DNA of 64,000 nucleotides from the human T2T-CHM13v2.0 reference genome, Homo sapiens: the NCBI RefSeq assembly GCF_009914755.1, contig NC_060926.1. One strand, written 5' to 3'. The position numbers and the translations under genes were made by a program. The notes beneath the pieces are model-generated. The model made no database searches. It had not been told where the DNA came from and saw only the letters and a list, made by a program, of their open reading frames with translations. Positions 1-14,276 of the stretch are shown here, piece by piece. Position 1 is the first letter of the stretch. Each line of letters opens with the position of its first letter.

Positions 1-829
1 ATTGTCATATCACCCTGTTGTATCACTGGAGTTTAAAAGGAATCTAAGATTTTAATGAAATATCTGCCCTACTGGTTTTACTTTAAGGCATTCACAATGC
101 TACTATTAAGTATTACTATGAGAACCTGAAAAGAATCAGTGGCGTTAAAATGCTTTTGAATGCCATTACTATTTGGAAAACTTTTCTTTAAAAATTAAAG
201 AAAATAGTGGTCTGCTTTTGTTTTTTGGTAACTTTTTATTTGAGAAGTCAAATTATTAAGTTTTGCAACATATCTCTAAATATTGGCAGAAATTTCTTGG
301 ATAGAGTTTGAAGCCTGAATATGGGCAGTGTCATTATCTGAACATGTTGGAAGATGAATCCATCCGTCTTATAACAATACCTCATTGTTTCTGAAATTCT
401 TAAATTGTATAAATGTGAATTTGAAATAAAATTTAATACCTATTTTAAACTAGCTTCTAACAATATTTATCTAATATATTTGTTCCCCTGGTCTAAATAG
501 AGAACATTGATTATTATTATTGTTTTTTAAAATTGATGCTAATTATATTTCCCTTTTATTGTTGTACTTATATCCCACTTCCCATTCCCCAGGATCCCGA
601 AAGAAGTGCTTGAGCTTTAGGTCAACCCATATCTGGAAGGGACAAAAGAAACTTCTAATTTAGTTCTTTAGTGTGGGTATGTAATACACTAGTATTCCCA
701 TTTTATTGCTTACAAAAGTAAGATCCGCTTGCTAAAGAGGATCAGTCCATAGTGTACTACCGGTTAGAAATCCACTCTCCTGCCTTGTTGTGCAGAAATA
801 TCATGGCTGCAGAACCCAGGCTGTAAAAT

Positions 830-963
830 TAGTGGGTCTCAACCCTGGCTGCACATTAGAATCACCTGGGGAGATTTTGAAATGATACCAGTGTCTGGGC
901 CCCACCCCAGCCCATTAAGCCAGAATCTCTGGGAATAGGGCCTGGGCAAGGATTTCTTTTCTG

Positions 964-996
<33 letters not shown>

Positions 997-1041
997 CTCC
1001 CCAGGTGATTCTAATTGTGCAGCCAGGGTTGAGAACCAGTG
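830..1041. mobile_element. MER5A1 hAT-Charlie MITE with internal poly(T) expansion
   Basis: Long terminal inverted arms (GGTCTCAACCCTGGCTGCACATTAGAATCACCTGGGGAG ... CTCCCCAGGTGATTCTAATTGTGCAGCCAGGGTTGAGAACC) match the remembered MER5A1 consensus. Confidence 0.85.
964..992. repeat. (T)29 homopolymer
   Basis: Uninterrupted T run seen directly. Confidence 0.95.
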
Positions 1042-1337
1042 TTTTAAATTAAACAGCACACAAGTTCGTCCTCAGTCTATAGGAATCACTTTCTCAGCAA
1101 TCACAGCTCCAGTCACAAATTGCCAAATGAAAATTAGTTATAAACGTGGAGGGAAAGAGAGTCCATGTTATGAAATCCCTCTTTGCAACCTGTCTATACA
1201 GAGAATCAGACTGAGGCTTGAGAACAGAAGCTCTGACCAGGAGTTATGAATATGAAAACAATGACTACCCTGGACGCCTTCCCACTGCCTTTATTCACAA
1301 CAAGAACTGGTGAAGCACAGTGTTAACGTACAAAGCC

Positions 1338-1470
1338 AGGCAAGTTATGTACCCACTCCGTTCCATCATCATCGTCTATAAGATGCGGATAGGAATAGGA
1401 TGGTTAGAAGAATTAAATTAAAAATATAACACGTCTGATCTACTGAAGGCATGATGAAATAAGTGTTTTA
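1338..1470 (+). mobile_element. MIR fragment
   Basis: Degenerate MIR core (GGCAAGTTA...CATCGTCTATAAGATG...AGAATTAAAT). Confidence 0.4.
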
Positions 1471-3754
1471 AGATAAAGAATTAAGAACCACAGTTCTTGT
1501 TTTAGGCCAAATAGGCAAGCAGTAAATTTGTCTGTCATTGCTTTTGTTTGGCTACACAATGGATAGATTGAAATGAATATTAGTAGGTATATTATGCACT
1601 TTGAAACCAAATATAAGTGACCTTTAAGTTATCTATTATTTGGATTGTGTGATCTCTGTTACGGCAGGCTTTAAAATATGAATTCCTCCTCCTCACCTTC
1701 CCCTTCCTATTACTGTTTTTTTTTTCAGATAAATATGATCTTAACACAGTACATTAGTATATTGCAATAATTGTAGGAGAAGAGCTTTTTGGTTATACAT
1801 ATTGAGGAGCTTAACTTTTTGAATATCGGTTGTGGCATAGTGAATGAGGAATTCCATTTGCGGCGTGGGTAGTGCATCTCAAAGGATCACATCCACTGCT
1901 ATGGCTCATCTTACTTTGCATTTATAAACCTATACATTTGTTTTTGTTCATCAGACAGACAGTAAATACACATTCGCTCTCTGTACTTTTTCTTTAACTA
2001 TGATTTTTATTTTAATTATTGGAAAATATCATTTATCAACCCTAACTGCTAACAATTTATCACTTGCATATTTTACAGAACTGGTAATTTATCACCTGTT
2101 ATTTTTACAGTACTAGTAAATTTACTGGTTCTTTCAAAATAAAAGAAATATAGCAAATTTTATTCACCTTGTTCAATTATGTGTGTGCATGTGTGCATGT
2201 GTGTTTGTGTGTGAGTTTTAACTTTTGTAGTGGTTTTTATCTAATATCCTGGTTTAAAGTCTACCACTGAATTGGTAGATTTATTATTATTCTTTTTTGT
2301 AAAAGCATTAAAATAGTGTCAAAATTATTTCTTTAAAGAAATACATTTTTGTTTTATAATCGAAAGATTTTTTACACATACAGATGCTTTTAATCATTTA
2401 ATTTAGATAACTTATGATAGTGCTCTCCTTTACTCTATAATCTAATAATTTCAGAGGAGAGCTGCTTTTAAGTGAAACGGGTAGTGTAGTTTTTGACTTG
2501 GGCACATTTAGAAGCATTTCCTAAATAGGGACTTACTTATGTTTCTGTATAACTATAATAATGACCCCCGTCTAAGAATCTGTATAGTAAGTGATGCTAC
2601 TGCATTATACCTTTACTTCTCAAAAAAAAAAGAAAAAGAAAAAAGAAAGAAACACCCAAACCAAAAAAATTCAAACTGCCCTTAGAGGAGTAAAAGTGTT
2701 CCATGCCGTGTTCCTTCATCCTCATCCCTTTGTCCTGTTCCCAAGGCTGTATCTATGAGTCTTCATTTTGATTAACAGCCTTTCTCAGGAAGTGGGAGGC
2801 AGAGACTAAGAAGCTAAAATCTCTTTGAAGTGTGTGCTAAATGATTCACAACAGTGTGAATGAATCAATTTCTGCAAGCATTCACAACCTTTTAAATATG
2901 TAGTCTGCCAAATCTTTGTTGGACTACATTCAATTTTTTTTTAAAGCACCTTTCTCCATGACACCTCTCTTTACACAACCCACAAGTATACAAGCCATTT
3001 GTAGTTCAGCTGCAGTACGCCTGCCCCAGAGATACTGTTTTGGGAGAAACATTTAATATTAATTTGTCTTTACATTTCATTGTGTTAAGTTTTGCCTTTT
3101 TTCATTGTCACCATTGCCATTTTTATTGGAGTTCATTTAGTGGTCCAAATTGTTTAAGAAACTGCCAGAACAGTTCTTTTCTGTTCACCCCATTTGATTC
3201 ACAGTTATGTATCCTACGTGATGCTGAAGAGGGACTGCTTTATCCAAAATGGAAGTGAAAAGTATTTCTTGAGTATTTATTACCTTGAGCAACAACTTTA
3301 TTTATACTTAGGTAATTATGTATTTAGGCAAAAGTTATTCAGTTCTTAAATGCATCACTGTAAATTATGAGAGTTCATTCTCAAAACTTATCTGAGAACC
3401 AAGTCTGATCTCCAGATGGTATCATTTAACTAAGGGCCATTGTCTATTTAGGGTGAGTTGGTGGCTGTATTTCAAGGACAGCACCATCAACACTCAGAGG
3501 TTGTCTTTTATTCTGATGACTGGTCATGTTCTCCCTGTAAAACTATAAATTTCCAAGCTCAAATGTATTATCTTCATCCTTGCTTCCTTTACCAAACAAA
3601 GCTGATTTCCGTTTTTAGATTTTTTTCTCACCCTTAGCACCATCACTATAACCCAGTCATTTAGGACATAAAAGAGATGTAGTGGAAGGGCTATTAAGAA
3701 CCATTTGCAAAGTAGTTCAAAGGCTAGCGTGAGTTCTCTCCAGGTCATTTAAGG

Positions 3755-3917
3755 TCTAGTCTCCAGATACTTGCATTAGAATCATCCATACTGCTTACTA
3801 AACTAAGAGACTCCTGGCTTGTCCTCAGTTCTGAATTCAAGATGCTGGAGGTGAGGCCCCAGGCAGAATCTACTCACCAGGCTCTCAGATTAAGCTTGCT
3901 CAAGTTTGAGAACATGC
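3755..3917. mobile_element. Degenerate MER5-family MITE
   Basis: TGCATTAGAATCA ... CAAGTTTGAGAAC motifs at MER5-like spacing. Confidence 0.45.
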
Positions 3918-5719
3918 TATGGAGTTTTAACATTTTCTTTTGATATCACCATTCATTATTATGAGTAACCGACCGCATTGCATAAGCAGGGAATTCATTC
4001 TGAACATAAATTTGCTACAAAACTACACAATAGGAAGATAAGATTGGCTATCAGGTAGTTATTAATACAGTGTATAGAAAAAGAAGGAGAAAGATTAAAT
4101 GTTAAATGCAAATTATGTCTAAGAAATTTTTCATGACAACTAAAGGATTCTCATTAAGAAGAAAAGAAACTTAAGCCATATTAGTTCATGAAGATTTGTA
4201 GTTTGGGCACTACGTTCTCATATTCTCTTGCTGGTCATCCCTCTCCCTCCCCTCCATCTCCTCTCCCCCTCTCTCCTTTCCTCTCTCATTATGGAACTGT
4301 TATGAGGTATCTTAGAATTTACATTCTGAAAGTTCATTGAATAACTTTTTATTTCTTTTTGTGGCAGATAGATATCACCTTAAGTAGCACCAGGAGTTTT
4401 TTGAGAGAAGAACCAGAACTCTGACCTAGACTTAGACAACAGTTAGTGTCCCTACAGTGTGTAATAGAGAATACCAATATATTGTATAAGAATTCAAGAT
4501 CCTGTGTTATTTATGTCAGGGTACAAGAGAAATATGATTGCTATATTTAAAAAACAAACTTATTTACAGCTTGTTTTAGCTTCTCAGTATTATAAAATAT
4601 TATTTTTTCTTTGTCATTTCACATTTTAAATCCATGCAGATGCAAATTTAGGGTTTAGTTATCGCTGAAACAGCAGGTATGTTTTCTGTTGGGTGAGAAA
4701 TGGATCAAAGATTTATTAAGCTGCAAAACTCAAATGGGGTTTGGACAGGGAAAGCCAGTGTCTGGTGGGTTACTGTCAAACAGTATTCCTTTTTTTCATG
4801 TCCACCTGAAATGGAAGCTTTACTTATCTCCTGTGCAGACTAGAGTGGTTGAGTTATAAACTTTCCCCCAGTGATGCCGTACAAATTTTGTTCTTTGAAC
4901 AATTAAAGCCAAGAAGACCAGAAAAGCACAATCACATCTCGATGGCCTCCATGCATTCCCTGGTTGATTTTCTGTGTACTGATTATTCTCTGGGTGAGTC
5001 GAGTTTGCTGTTACTCAACTGTTTACATCATGGTTTATTCTTCCCCCGGGGAGAGGATGACAGTGCAGGTACTAACAGCTTTCTCTCAAGTGGGTTTCCC
5101 TGAGACAAGGATGCATTGAAGAGAAAGGGAATGGGGAAACAGAGCGAGGCATATGGTTAAAGCTAACATCTACCTACTACTTAACCCACAAAGTTGATGT
5201 CCCTCAAATCAAAGAAAGTGGCTTTTGTTGCCCCACCCTTCCATGTCAGGCAGTTTTTCTGTGGGTTGTAGAGTTTTAATCTCTGCAGTGAAGTCGATCC
5301 TGCCAGGCTAAGGACAATCCTGCAGAAAAGGAGGCAGGTGGGAGCCTTTAGCTGCCAACTCTTCTAGCAGCTGGGGGATGGCTGTGCCTGGGCAAAGGAG
5401 TCTGAGTGGAGTACCAATAGCACCCACTTTTTGCCTTTTGTCTCTATACTTTTCAATCCGTGCTTCACTCTGTTCATTATACCACCATTCTATTCAGAAA
5501 TGTCAGTGACTCCTCACTGTCTAGAGAACACATTTCTGAATATCTATTGCTCTTATCTTTTAAATTTCCAATCTTTCTTTTCACTGCTTTTGCAGCTCTC
5601 CCTAAGTAAGCAATCCACCTTAGTCCTACGTATGTTGCCTAAGTTACTTCCCTTCCTCTCTACCTGACTTACTTTTTCAATGATTCCTTCATCTTAAATG
5701 CTTTCTTCTTCATGCCTTG

Positions 5720-5870
5720 AAGTTAGAGTCAACAAAACTGTGATTTAGTCCCCATTCAAATACATTTGTGCTTGGGTAAGTTAGCCTTTTTCAATCTCAG
5801 TTTCTTTACCTATAGAAGGGACTGTTCAGCTGTTAAGTTCAAATGAGATGCTGCATTTTAAAGCTTTATC
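5720..5870 (+). mobile_element. MIR fragment
   Basis: TTGGGTAAGTTA...TCTCAGTTTCTTTACCTATAGAAGGG...AAATGAGATG core. Confidence 0.55.
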
Positions 5871-8800
5871 AAACTCTCCCCAAAGTACTCACTTACAAAG
5901 GGGGTTACTCACAAGACCCTTGCTCCCTTTATTTTATTAACTTTTTTTGTATTTATTGTGTCAGCTCTTTGACATTTATCATAACTACACTTCCATTAGG
6001 AGGCAACAACATCGTTGGACACACCATCTTCTTTGCAAAGGCAGGTATCTTTGCTTAACCAGCCTCCATAATAGCTAATGTAGAAGGTCTTTCATGGAGT
6101 TTTATAAATTAACATGCTTGTTTTTAAATAACAAACCTCTTGACAATTCCTTGTGTCTGGACTGTAAAACTATGCAAAGAAGGTGAATTTGAGGCCCAGA
6201 TAATTACAGTTGAAAAATCCAGATAAGTTTAGGTTTACAGTTAAAACAGATACTCAGAAGCTGATGGTGATATACAATAAACAGTGATCAAAAGCTCACT
6301 GGAAAAGGGAAGTCTTTATTAACGGGGAGACCTCTAATTGAAATATATGTGGGAAGTAAATAATTCTAGTTACCAATATATTAGCAAAGAAGTTCCCAAA
6401 AAGTTGTCTCCCAATTATTTGCTTTAAAAAAAATTTCTCAAGCTACAGCCAAATAAAACATATTTTAAAAAGTACTTTCAATTTCTTTGGACCTTTTGAG
6501 TTTGTGTTACACACCCTCTCTCAAGAATGAAATATTTAGTTAGGATATCTGATTGGAACTGTAATGTCAAAGGTGATCAGAATCAGTAGGTTCATGATAA
6601 AGGCAGTACTATTAGGAGTTATTTATTATGTTCTTAGTGGCTGGGGTTCATGTTTTGAAGTGTATTCCATCATGCCCCAAGGGTATTTATAGACCAAACT
6701 TCTTAGCAAGTCTGGCTTTCATGATTTCACTCCGTGTATGGGGCTTGTACAAGTGGCTACTGAACACCGGTCAAGACGATTCACTTTTTATCACAAGATG
6801 GAAAACTTCCTTCAGTATGGTTCTATCTAGAGGTATCTGTTTTCTGTTACTGGTTAAATACTAGTGACATATAAGGTGGTAAGAATGCATTGAACATGTT
6901 AAGATAAATAGTTGAGGACTGTTTAAAAATCTGAAACTTGGGATTGTAATGAAAAAATACAAGTGGATCATTTCACAATAAACTCAACTTACTCATTTTT
7001 CTCCTTTACCTTCCACCTGTAACCCTAACTACAGAGATGAGAGAGGGAAAGAAATTGTGAAAAACCTAGAGAAATGCCTAAATAGCCTTACTATCTACCA
7101 TAGTTAGCATTTATTTTCCCTTAAAGCAATTAATGGTTTAGTTATGTTTCTCAGCTGCAATTTAGAAGATAAGAGATAGGATATTTAGATTGTCATATAG
7201 AGGAAAGCATTGCTGTCAAATATGTTATTGAAGCTGGAAAAAAATGAAATTGAAACAGAACACCTGCTACTTTAACTCATTTAAAAAAAACCAAAATGTT
7301 CTTTACTTGCTGACTGGAAATATTGTATTTTCAGAGAAGAGAAAGTGCTAATCTAAATGGGATAAAATGTAATGATTCACTATGCAATGATACGAAATCA
7401 GAAATATTTTAAATTAGATATTTCAGTTTGTGGAGGGTTAGGTGGTTTTTATAAAAATGATTTTGCTCATCAGGTGGTGCATATTTCTCTCAAATTGCAG
7501 TAAAGAGAATAAAAATCGGCCTGTCATTGAAGATTTTTTTTTATTGACATCTTTAGCTTGTCTTCATGCCAGTAATTAAATTGCTAATTATGTGTTTCTG
7601 TTACTGTGGTCATGCTTTTATTACATAATTGCCTCAAGTTTAGCTCAAATCACTAACAATATTTATTTAACCTTTTTGTGCATTAGATAAATTTTAATAT
7701 ATAAAAGCTTTGGAACGAGTTCATTGACTCTGTTATGATTAGCAAAATCAAAAGGATTCTAACCTTTTTTATAGTTACATGAGTTGGTCATGTTTTCAGT
7801 GAGATTGCTTATAATTATTAATTCGAGCAATAGCAATCATTGAAGTAGAAGAGAAAAAATACAAAGAAAACTTTATAAAAACCTAGGGTATATTCCAGAG
7901 AAATAAAGTGATCTAGCTTGACATAATTGAAAATATAAAATTAATAATTTGATTTTTAATATATGTCCATGTTTTTCAAAAACTTATTTGATTAAGTTGT
8001 GGATAATTCATTTACCAAGCTGCGGCCATGCCAACCCCCGAACGCAGGTGTAATTTTTGTCAGTGTCTCAATGTATTCATAAATTTTTCTCATTTGTTTA
8101 TTTTATGCAAACCATAAGAGACATTTTTCTCAGTGAAGATTGCCTCTTTATTTTATTTTGAAATATTTGTATATTTATTTCATTAAATGAGATAATGCTT
8201 TTTCGTATTAACATAATTTCCAGTACATTAAACATATTTCTCCACAGACAGAAGAGAGGAATCAAATTAAATGACAGCTAAATCACTTGCAGCAATTTCA
8301 ACTGTTAAAAGAAATAAGTGTCTCTGTTTTCTTTGTGATCACAAGATGTGCTGTAAAGGGAAATGAAATGCTAAAGAAAGAAAGGAAAACATAAAGAAAT
8401 AATGACTGACTTATTGCAGTAATACCATTGAGAGAAGAAAAATTCACTACAAATAAAAGGAAAAATAATATAGTGGACTTGAAAGTTACCAAATTCATTT
8501 CTTATTGATGAGTTCAGTGGAAGCCTAATACTAAGTAAACTGATGAAAAAAAATCAATGCAATAAACTATGAATGATGAAAGTTGAAATAAATACTTTTC
8601 CTATGGAAGACCATTATTCTAAATGTCTTTAATTTTTTAATAATTCATGACTTCATGTTTATAAAAAAGGAGGCGTTATTGCTTGGTAGACTCAAAAATG
8701 CATGTACAAAGCATCTACTAGAATTCTGTATTTAGTAATAAGTCCAAATGATATTGGTGACCTTCTGATTTTTAGTATCATGTCCTGACTTTAGGTGCAT

Positions 8801-11800
8801 TAGGGGGAAGCGAGCTAGAATTTTAAAAGCCATGCTGACAAAGGATGCTTGTACGTTTTTACAGCATACTTACTCTATTGAGGACAAACTGCTTTCCAAA
8901 CAGATAATTAATCTTTGGATCATAGAAAGCAAAGTTCAGTGTATATATTATATATATGCATGTATACAGAATGCTTATGAAAATTCTGGGGGACAGTGAT
9001 GGTAATTCTTGACAAAATCAACATTGCCACACACATGCACATGCATACATATGCGTGTGTGCATGTTTGTGTCAGTCAAGTTGTTAACGTGTTCAAGTCA
9101 GAGCATACAGGTTACCTGGATCTGAGTGTTTGCAGGTGGGCTTATCCACTTGTTTTCTCTTTTCACACATCATTAAAAAAAACTAGTTAATTTAATCAAC
9201 ACAATCAGAAGGCAATTAAGTAGAGAAAAAAAAATGATTCCAGCCATTTTTACTGAATTGCTTCTGACTGAATTAACCTTCTAATACAGTTGATCTTGTA
9301 GTATGCTCTTCTCAATGCCTGTCTCTTTCTTCTCTTCCTTTCCCCCAGTTCATCTACATCCTAACATTTCACTCTCCTTCTCTCCCTTTTGTCCTCTCGT
9401 TGGCTCCTAATTGGATTCTTCTTCTTTCCTTCAACATGTTAAGAAGCCTTTTCCACTGGCCGGTATTCCCATTCACTCTCCTGTCTCCCCTTCCAACACA
9501 CATGTACCTTACCCGGCCCCAATGAAAAAAAAAGAAATGCTAAAGCTGATTTTTCTTTTTTTGACTTACAGACGTTTGAAACTATTGCTTTGCTGAAAAC
9601 ATCTGACTGCCAGGCTAGGATGTGACACTTAAGGTAATTGTGATTTTTTTTTTCCGCCTTTAGAGACCTCTTCATCTGAAAGGTTCTTGGGTCCCCACTT
9701 GGTGTAAAGTTTTGGCCATCTCTTGAACTGTTTCCTCCTCAGTATAAAGCCTTTGTGAAGGTGTGTGGGAGCTGCAAGGCAAGCAGTTTTCTGAGGAGTT
9801 GGGGTTAGGGATGTAATGTTAATGTTCAGGAATCCTTCTCTGTGCCCACTTTGGAAATACTTCCTCTTATCTTTCATTCAGGATGCAGGGGATAAGGCAA
9901 AAGTGCAGGCCACATGCAAGAGATTTTGAATTATGCATTAAGCTGATAATGCCCCAGAATGCAAGCTTATGTCAATAAATAACTAGGCTGGCAGGAGGAA
10001 GGCAGTCACCTTACCAGTGCGGAGGGTACCACATAGGGAGAGAACTAGAGGAAGACGAGGTGAAGGGTGAAAGGCGCTCACATCCTGTTAGCTTGCTCTG
10101 ATGAAGAAGCAAGAAGAGTAAGTTAATATTGAAATTACTGTCTAATGCCTATCTGCTTTTAAATGGATTTAGCCAAGGTAACAAGACAATCTCTAAGGTG
10201 GGCCCTGTGTGTTCAAGGATGCATGTGTGGCGGGGTTAGCCCTTCTGTGGAGCTGTATGTAAAGAAATTCTGTCTGCAGAGAAATTCATGAATTCCTTAA
10301 TGGGACCCATACATTCTTTAAAAGGGCAAGAATTTTGGTGGCAAAATTTGGCAAAATTCATAATGGGACACTCAAGGTTTTGTTTCACCAGGTATTCTTT
10401 TCTGATTATGCCGTAGAATAGCAGTAAAAGTTAAGCAAGTGGAAGAAGCAGGATTAAAAGAATGCCAAAAATTGTGTCCCTGGCACATGATACAGGACTA
10501 CCCAATGCTGATGAGAAATGATTCTTTAATCTTTGTGTTATTTCTCTTGCCTTAGTAAAATGCATCAATAAACGTGACTATCTTCTGTGAGAAATGAACA
10601 GTGGTGCACACGCCAGCATATACCTGCACACACACACACACGATGTTTAAAAAAAAATTAGTCCTGTTTCTCAAGGAAATGGAAACTGTCTGGGTGTGTG
10701 GACCCTGGGAGATGGATACTTGAACCTTTATCTATTTTTTCCTTACCAAAAAGAAGAAGGAATTTCATATGCGTTTTACCATTTTCTTAGTTTTAGACAG
10801 CAATTTGCAGCCCCTGGTTATGCAATCTGAAGCTTTTGCTCAGATTCTCTTAGCAATGTGTGCATTTGCAAGGCCAGTTCTATAGGCCCACATGCATATA
10901 CACACTGGCAAATTAAAAATGGACCTGGGAAAACACCCTTCTCCTAGGAGAGTCATATCAAGCAGTGTTTAAATTAAATAATTTGCAGAGTGTAGGGAAT
11001 AAAGCTTTGTAGCAGTATCTGGAGGTTATCTTCCCTTGGGAAATTTCTGCCATTTAGTACAATCTGGTGCATGCCAATGAGACACACACTCATGCATACA
11101 CACACTAGTAGATATATTTTATTTTACATCTAAATTATATTTATTTCTTTAGGTTATCTGCCATTTCATGTTCATGTTGAGGAGGAAAAAAAAAGAGACA
11201 AACTTCTTGTGAAGGGTTGAGGTCATTAAGATCCAAACAAAAGCAAAGAAAGGTTATTAGTGAGCAGAAATGAGGGAGGGCTGACTGTGGCGTAAAGCCA
11301 GTTACCCCACAGCTTCTGGGGGAGCATGGCTGTGATTGGGAGACTGATCAAGCTCAGGTCACTGATTTTGCTCCCAGCCCATTGACTGGTGGTAAAAGGG
11401 GAGCCATTGTTGTGATGAGATAATGTGAGTAGGTAAGCCACAACTAGCCGAAATTAGTTGATTTCTTGCTTCTTGTCTTCCTTAACCAATATCAAAGCCA
11501 AATTGCATGTTAAGGAGTTTGTCGGTTAGAACCTCATGCTATGTTTCTAGTTAATGCATTCCTCTATAGCCAAATGTATTCTTAGCGTAATCAGCATACC
11601 TGTCCACCTGTGGAGAGAATGAAGCCTGTCACATGTAAGGATGTTGAATGAAATGTTAGCAGGACAAGAGAGGGTTAGAGGGAGAGGGAGAGAGAGAACG
11701 CGCACAAACAGAAGAAGATATCTACCTCTGTACAGGTTATTTTGAAAGATCCTATTTATAAAAATTGGGATAGGCTCAAGTGAAAATAGTTATTTTTTCC

Positions 11801-11970
11801 ATTTCCAAGATTATCTTTGTACCCTTTAGACTCCCACTTTTATCTTTTATGTAAGAAAATTCTTGCAAATTACTAGTAGCCGGTGTAGAAGCTGTGAGTT
11901 ATAGTGCAACTCTCAGTGAATCCCGCATTCTGGCTCCCCCAATTCTTTGACAAAAATATACAGCTACTGG

Positions 11971-12352
11971 TGTATGTTAGTTTGCTTGGGCTGCCTTAAA
12001 AAATACCATAGACTAGGTGGCTTAAATGCAGAGATTTATTTTCTCACAGTTCTGAAGGCTGGAAGTCTGAAATCAAGGTGTTGGCATGGTTGGTTTCTTC
12101 TAAGGCCTCTTCCCTTTCTCTGCAGAGAACCACATTCTTGCTATGTTTCTCACATGGTCATTCCCCTTTATGCACAAATTTCCTCTTTTTCTAAGGATAG
12201 CAGTCACATTGGATTAGGGCCCATCTAAAGACCCCATTTTAACTTAATTAGCTCTTTAAAGCTCTTATCTCCAAATACTGTTACATTCTGAGGTACCGGG
12301 GCTTAGGCCTTCAACATATGAATTTCAGGGGAACGTAATTCAGACCATAACA
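11971..12352 (-). mobile_element. MLT1B-like ERVL-MaLR solo LTR
   Basis: TG...CA termini, MaLR motifs (TTTATTTTCTCACAGTTCTG, GGATTAGGGCCCA, TTCAACATATGAATTT), 5-bp TSD ACTGG/ACTAG. Confidence 0.85.
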
Positions 12353-12593
12353 ACTAGACTTTCCAAGATAGTTGGTAGAGCTATAATTTTTAGATTTGTT
12401 TTTGCCTGTTTATCTAGAGATTTATTCTTCCCACTTTCCTTTCTTTTTCTGCATTTTTGTTAATACTGGACTGAAAGTAATTTGTTACAATGATTCTAGG
12501 TGGATGTGTTCTGTTGTTTTAAGAATGGTTTGGGGAAAGAAATAGAAAGCTTATTTAAGAAAACAAATCTTGCTTGATATTTTTTCTTTTAAA

Positions 12594-12787
12594 TTCAAGC
12601 CGGCTCCATCATGTTCTCTGACCTTAGCAAGTTACTCAGCCACACTGTGCCTCCTCTTTCTCCTCTGTATACTGTGGATAATAAAAAGAAATTTTCGAAA
12701 GGTTGCTGGGAGGATTAATTGAGATAATACATGTAAAGTGTCTAGCATGGTCCCTGGATCACAGCAAGTGCTCCGTAAATAGTATTT
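12594..12787 (+). mobile_element. MIR
   Basis: TGACCTTAGCAAGTTACTCA...GAGGATTAATTGAGATAATACATGTAAAGTG...AAGTGCTC. Confidence 0.75.
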
Positions 12788-13435
12788 ATCCAATAACCAT
12801 AATAACCACAGACACCTACAGAATTATATGTTGTACACTGGTGCTGGACAAAATGTAATACCCTTTCTGAATTTCATTTGATTACAGACTTATTTCGTGC
12901 TTTTAGAAGTGGAGCTAGGAGCAGATTCCTTTTAAAAATTATTTTAAGTGGACTTTGACAGAGGCTTGGACTCACAAAGTGTAGATAAAGCACAGACAGG
13001 CTTTATTGTTATCTTCTGTTTCACCAAACCAAAAGAAAGATCTTTGGTTGATAAGCAGAGTTAGAAAAACAGAGAAGAGTGAGTGGCTGGGGTCTTCTGA
13101 TACCTTGTGGGTCAGTAGGAACCCAGTTTCTTCTCTGGAGAATCTCAACCTGTGCAGCATGAGTAAACAGACCTGGCATGCGCCCTGTGGTCGTACGGAG
13201 GGACCAGTCACCAGGCCCTCTCTTTGTCCACGGGAGACAGTGGCTTTCTAGCCTTGGAGGCCCAAGCACATTGGACCACTGGATATTCAGAATTGGGATG
13301 TCAGACAGAGGTTACCCACAAGGCTTTCAAAATGTATAGTTAAGAACCAAACACATTCTTTGATGAAGCGAAACATTGAAAAGGCTCTATATACTGCAAT
13401 TGACTTGTATCAACGAACATTTTTAAGACTCTCAG

Positions 13436-13763
13436 GGCCAGGCGCAATGGCCCAGGCCCATACAGCACTTTGAGAGGCAGAGGCAGGAGAATCATGTGAA
13501 CCCAGGAGTTCAAGATCAGCCTGAGCAACATGACGAGAAGCCATCTCTAGTTAAAAAAAAAAAAATTATATATATAGATATATAGATATATATATAGATA
13601 GCCAGGTGTGGTGGCGCACGCCTGTACTGACAGCTCCTCAGGAGGCTGAGGTGGGAGGATAGCTTGAGCCTGGGAGGTTGAGGCTGCAGTGAGCTATGAT
13701 TGTATCACTGTACTCCGGTCTGGGCAACAGTGAGACCCTGTCTCAAAAAAAAAAAAAAAAAAA
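13436..13763 (+). mobile_element. AluJ, full length, with (TA)/(TAGA) microsatellite in the middle A-rich linker
   Basis: Dimeric Alu, J-type GAGGCTGCAGTGAGCTATGAT, poly(A) tail, TSD AAGACTCTCAG/AAGACCCTCGG. Confidence 0.93.
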
Positions 13764-13943
13764 AAGACCCTCGGGACTTAACTACTTTAAAAATAGTCTG
13801 ATGACCAAGAAAACAAAAGTATCTATTGTTTTAAAGTGGCATTTCCTTAAGGAGCCTTTGGCTCCATAAAATCCTGTGAAAATCTACATGAATACTCTGC
13901 CGTTGAATTTTGAGAGAAGTTAAGGAAGTAGCAGTATACTTTG

Positions 13944-14163
13944 TTTATTTTTTATTTTCCTTTTTGAGACAGGGTCTCACTCTGTCTTGAAAGCTGGAGT
14001 GCAGTTGGCGCAATCTCAGCTCACTGAAGCCTCAACCTCCCAGGCTCAAGCCATCCTCCCACATCATCCTTTCGAGTATCTGGGACTACAGGTGTGCACC
14101 ACTGTGCCAGGCTAATTTTTGTATTTTTTTGTAGAGATGGGGTTTCGCCTTGTTGTCCAGGCT
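13944..14163 (-). mobile_element. AluJb-like, 5'-truncated
   Basis: Antisense right arm plus part of left arm; TSD TATACTTTG/TATGCTTTG. Confidence 0.9.
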
Positions 14164-14276
14164 TATGCTTTGAATTGAATACAAAAAACAAGATGTTTGA
14201 GCTGTGTTAAAATAATAATGCTAATGATAAAATGCTGCTGTGTATTGGTATCTTCATGGGAGACACCATGCTAAAC

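Noticed and set aside
9025-9072. CA/TG quasi-palindrome with hairpin or Z-DNA potential
   Set aside because: Common degenerate microsatellite; short and imperfect.
12972-13269. Three overlapping ~80-aa ORFs with a GCATGCGC motif
   Set aside because: Explained by locally higher GC; no protein similarity recognised.
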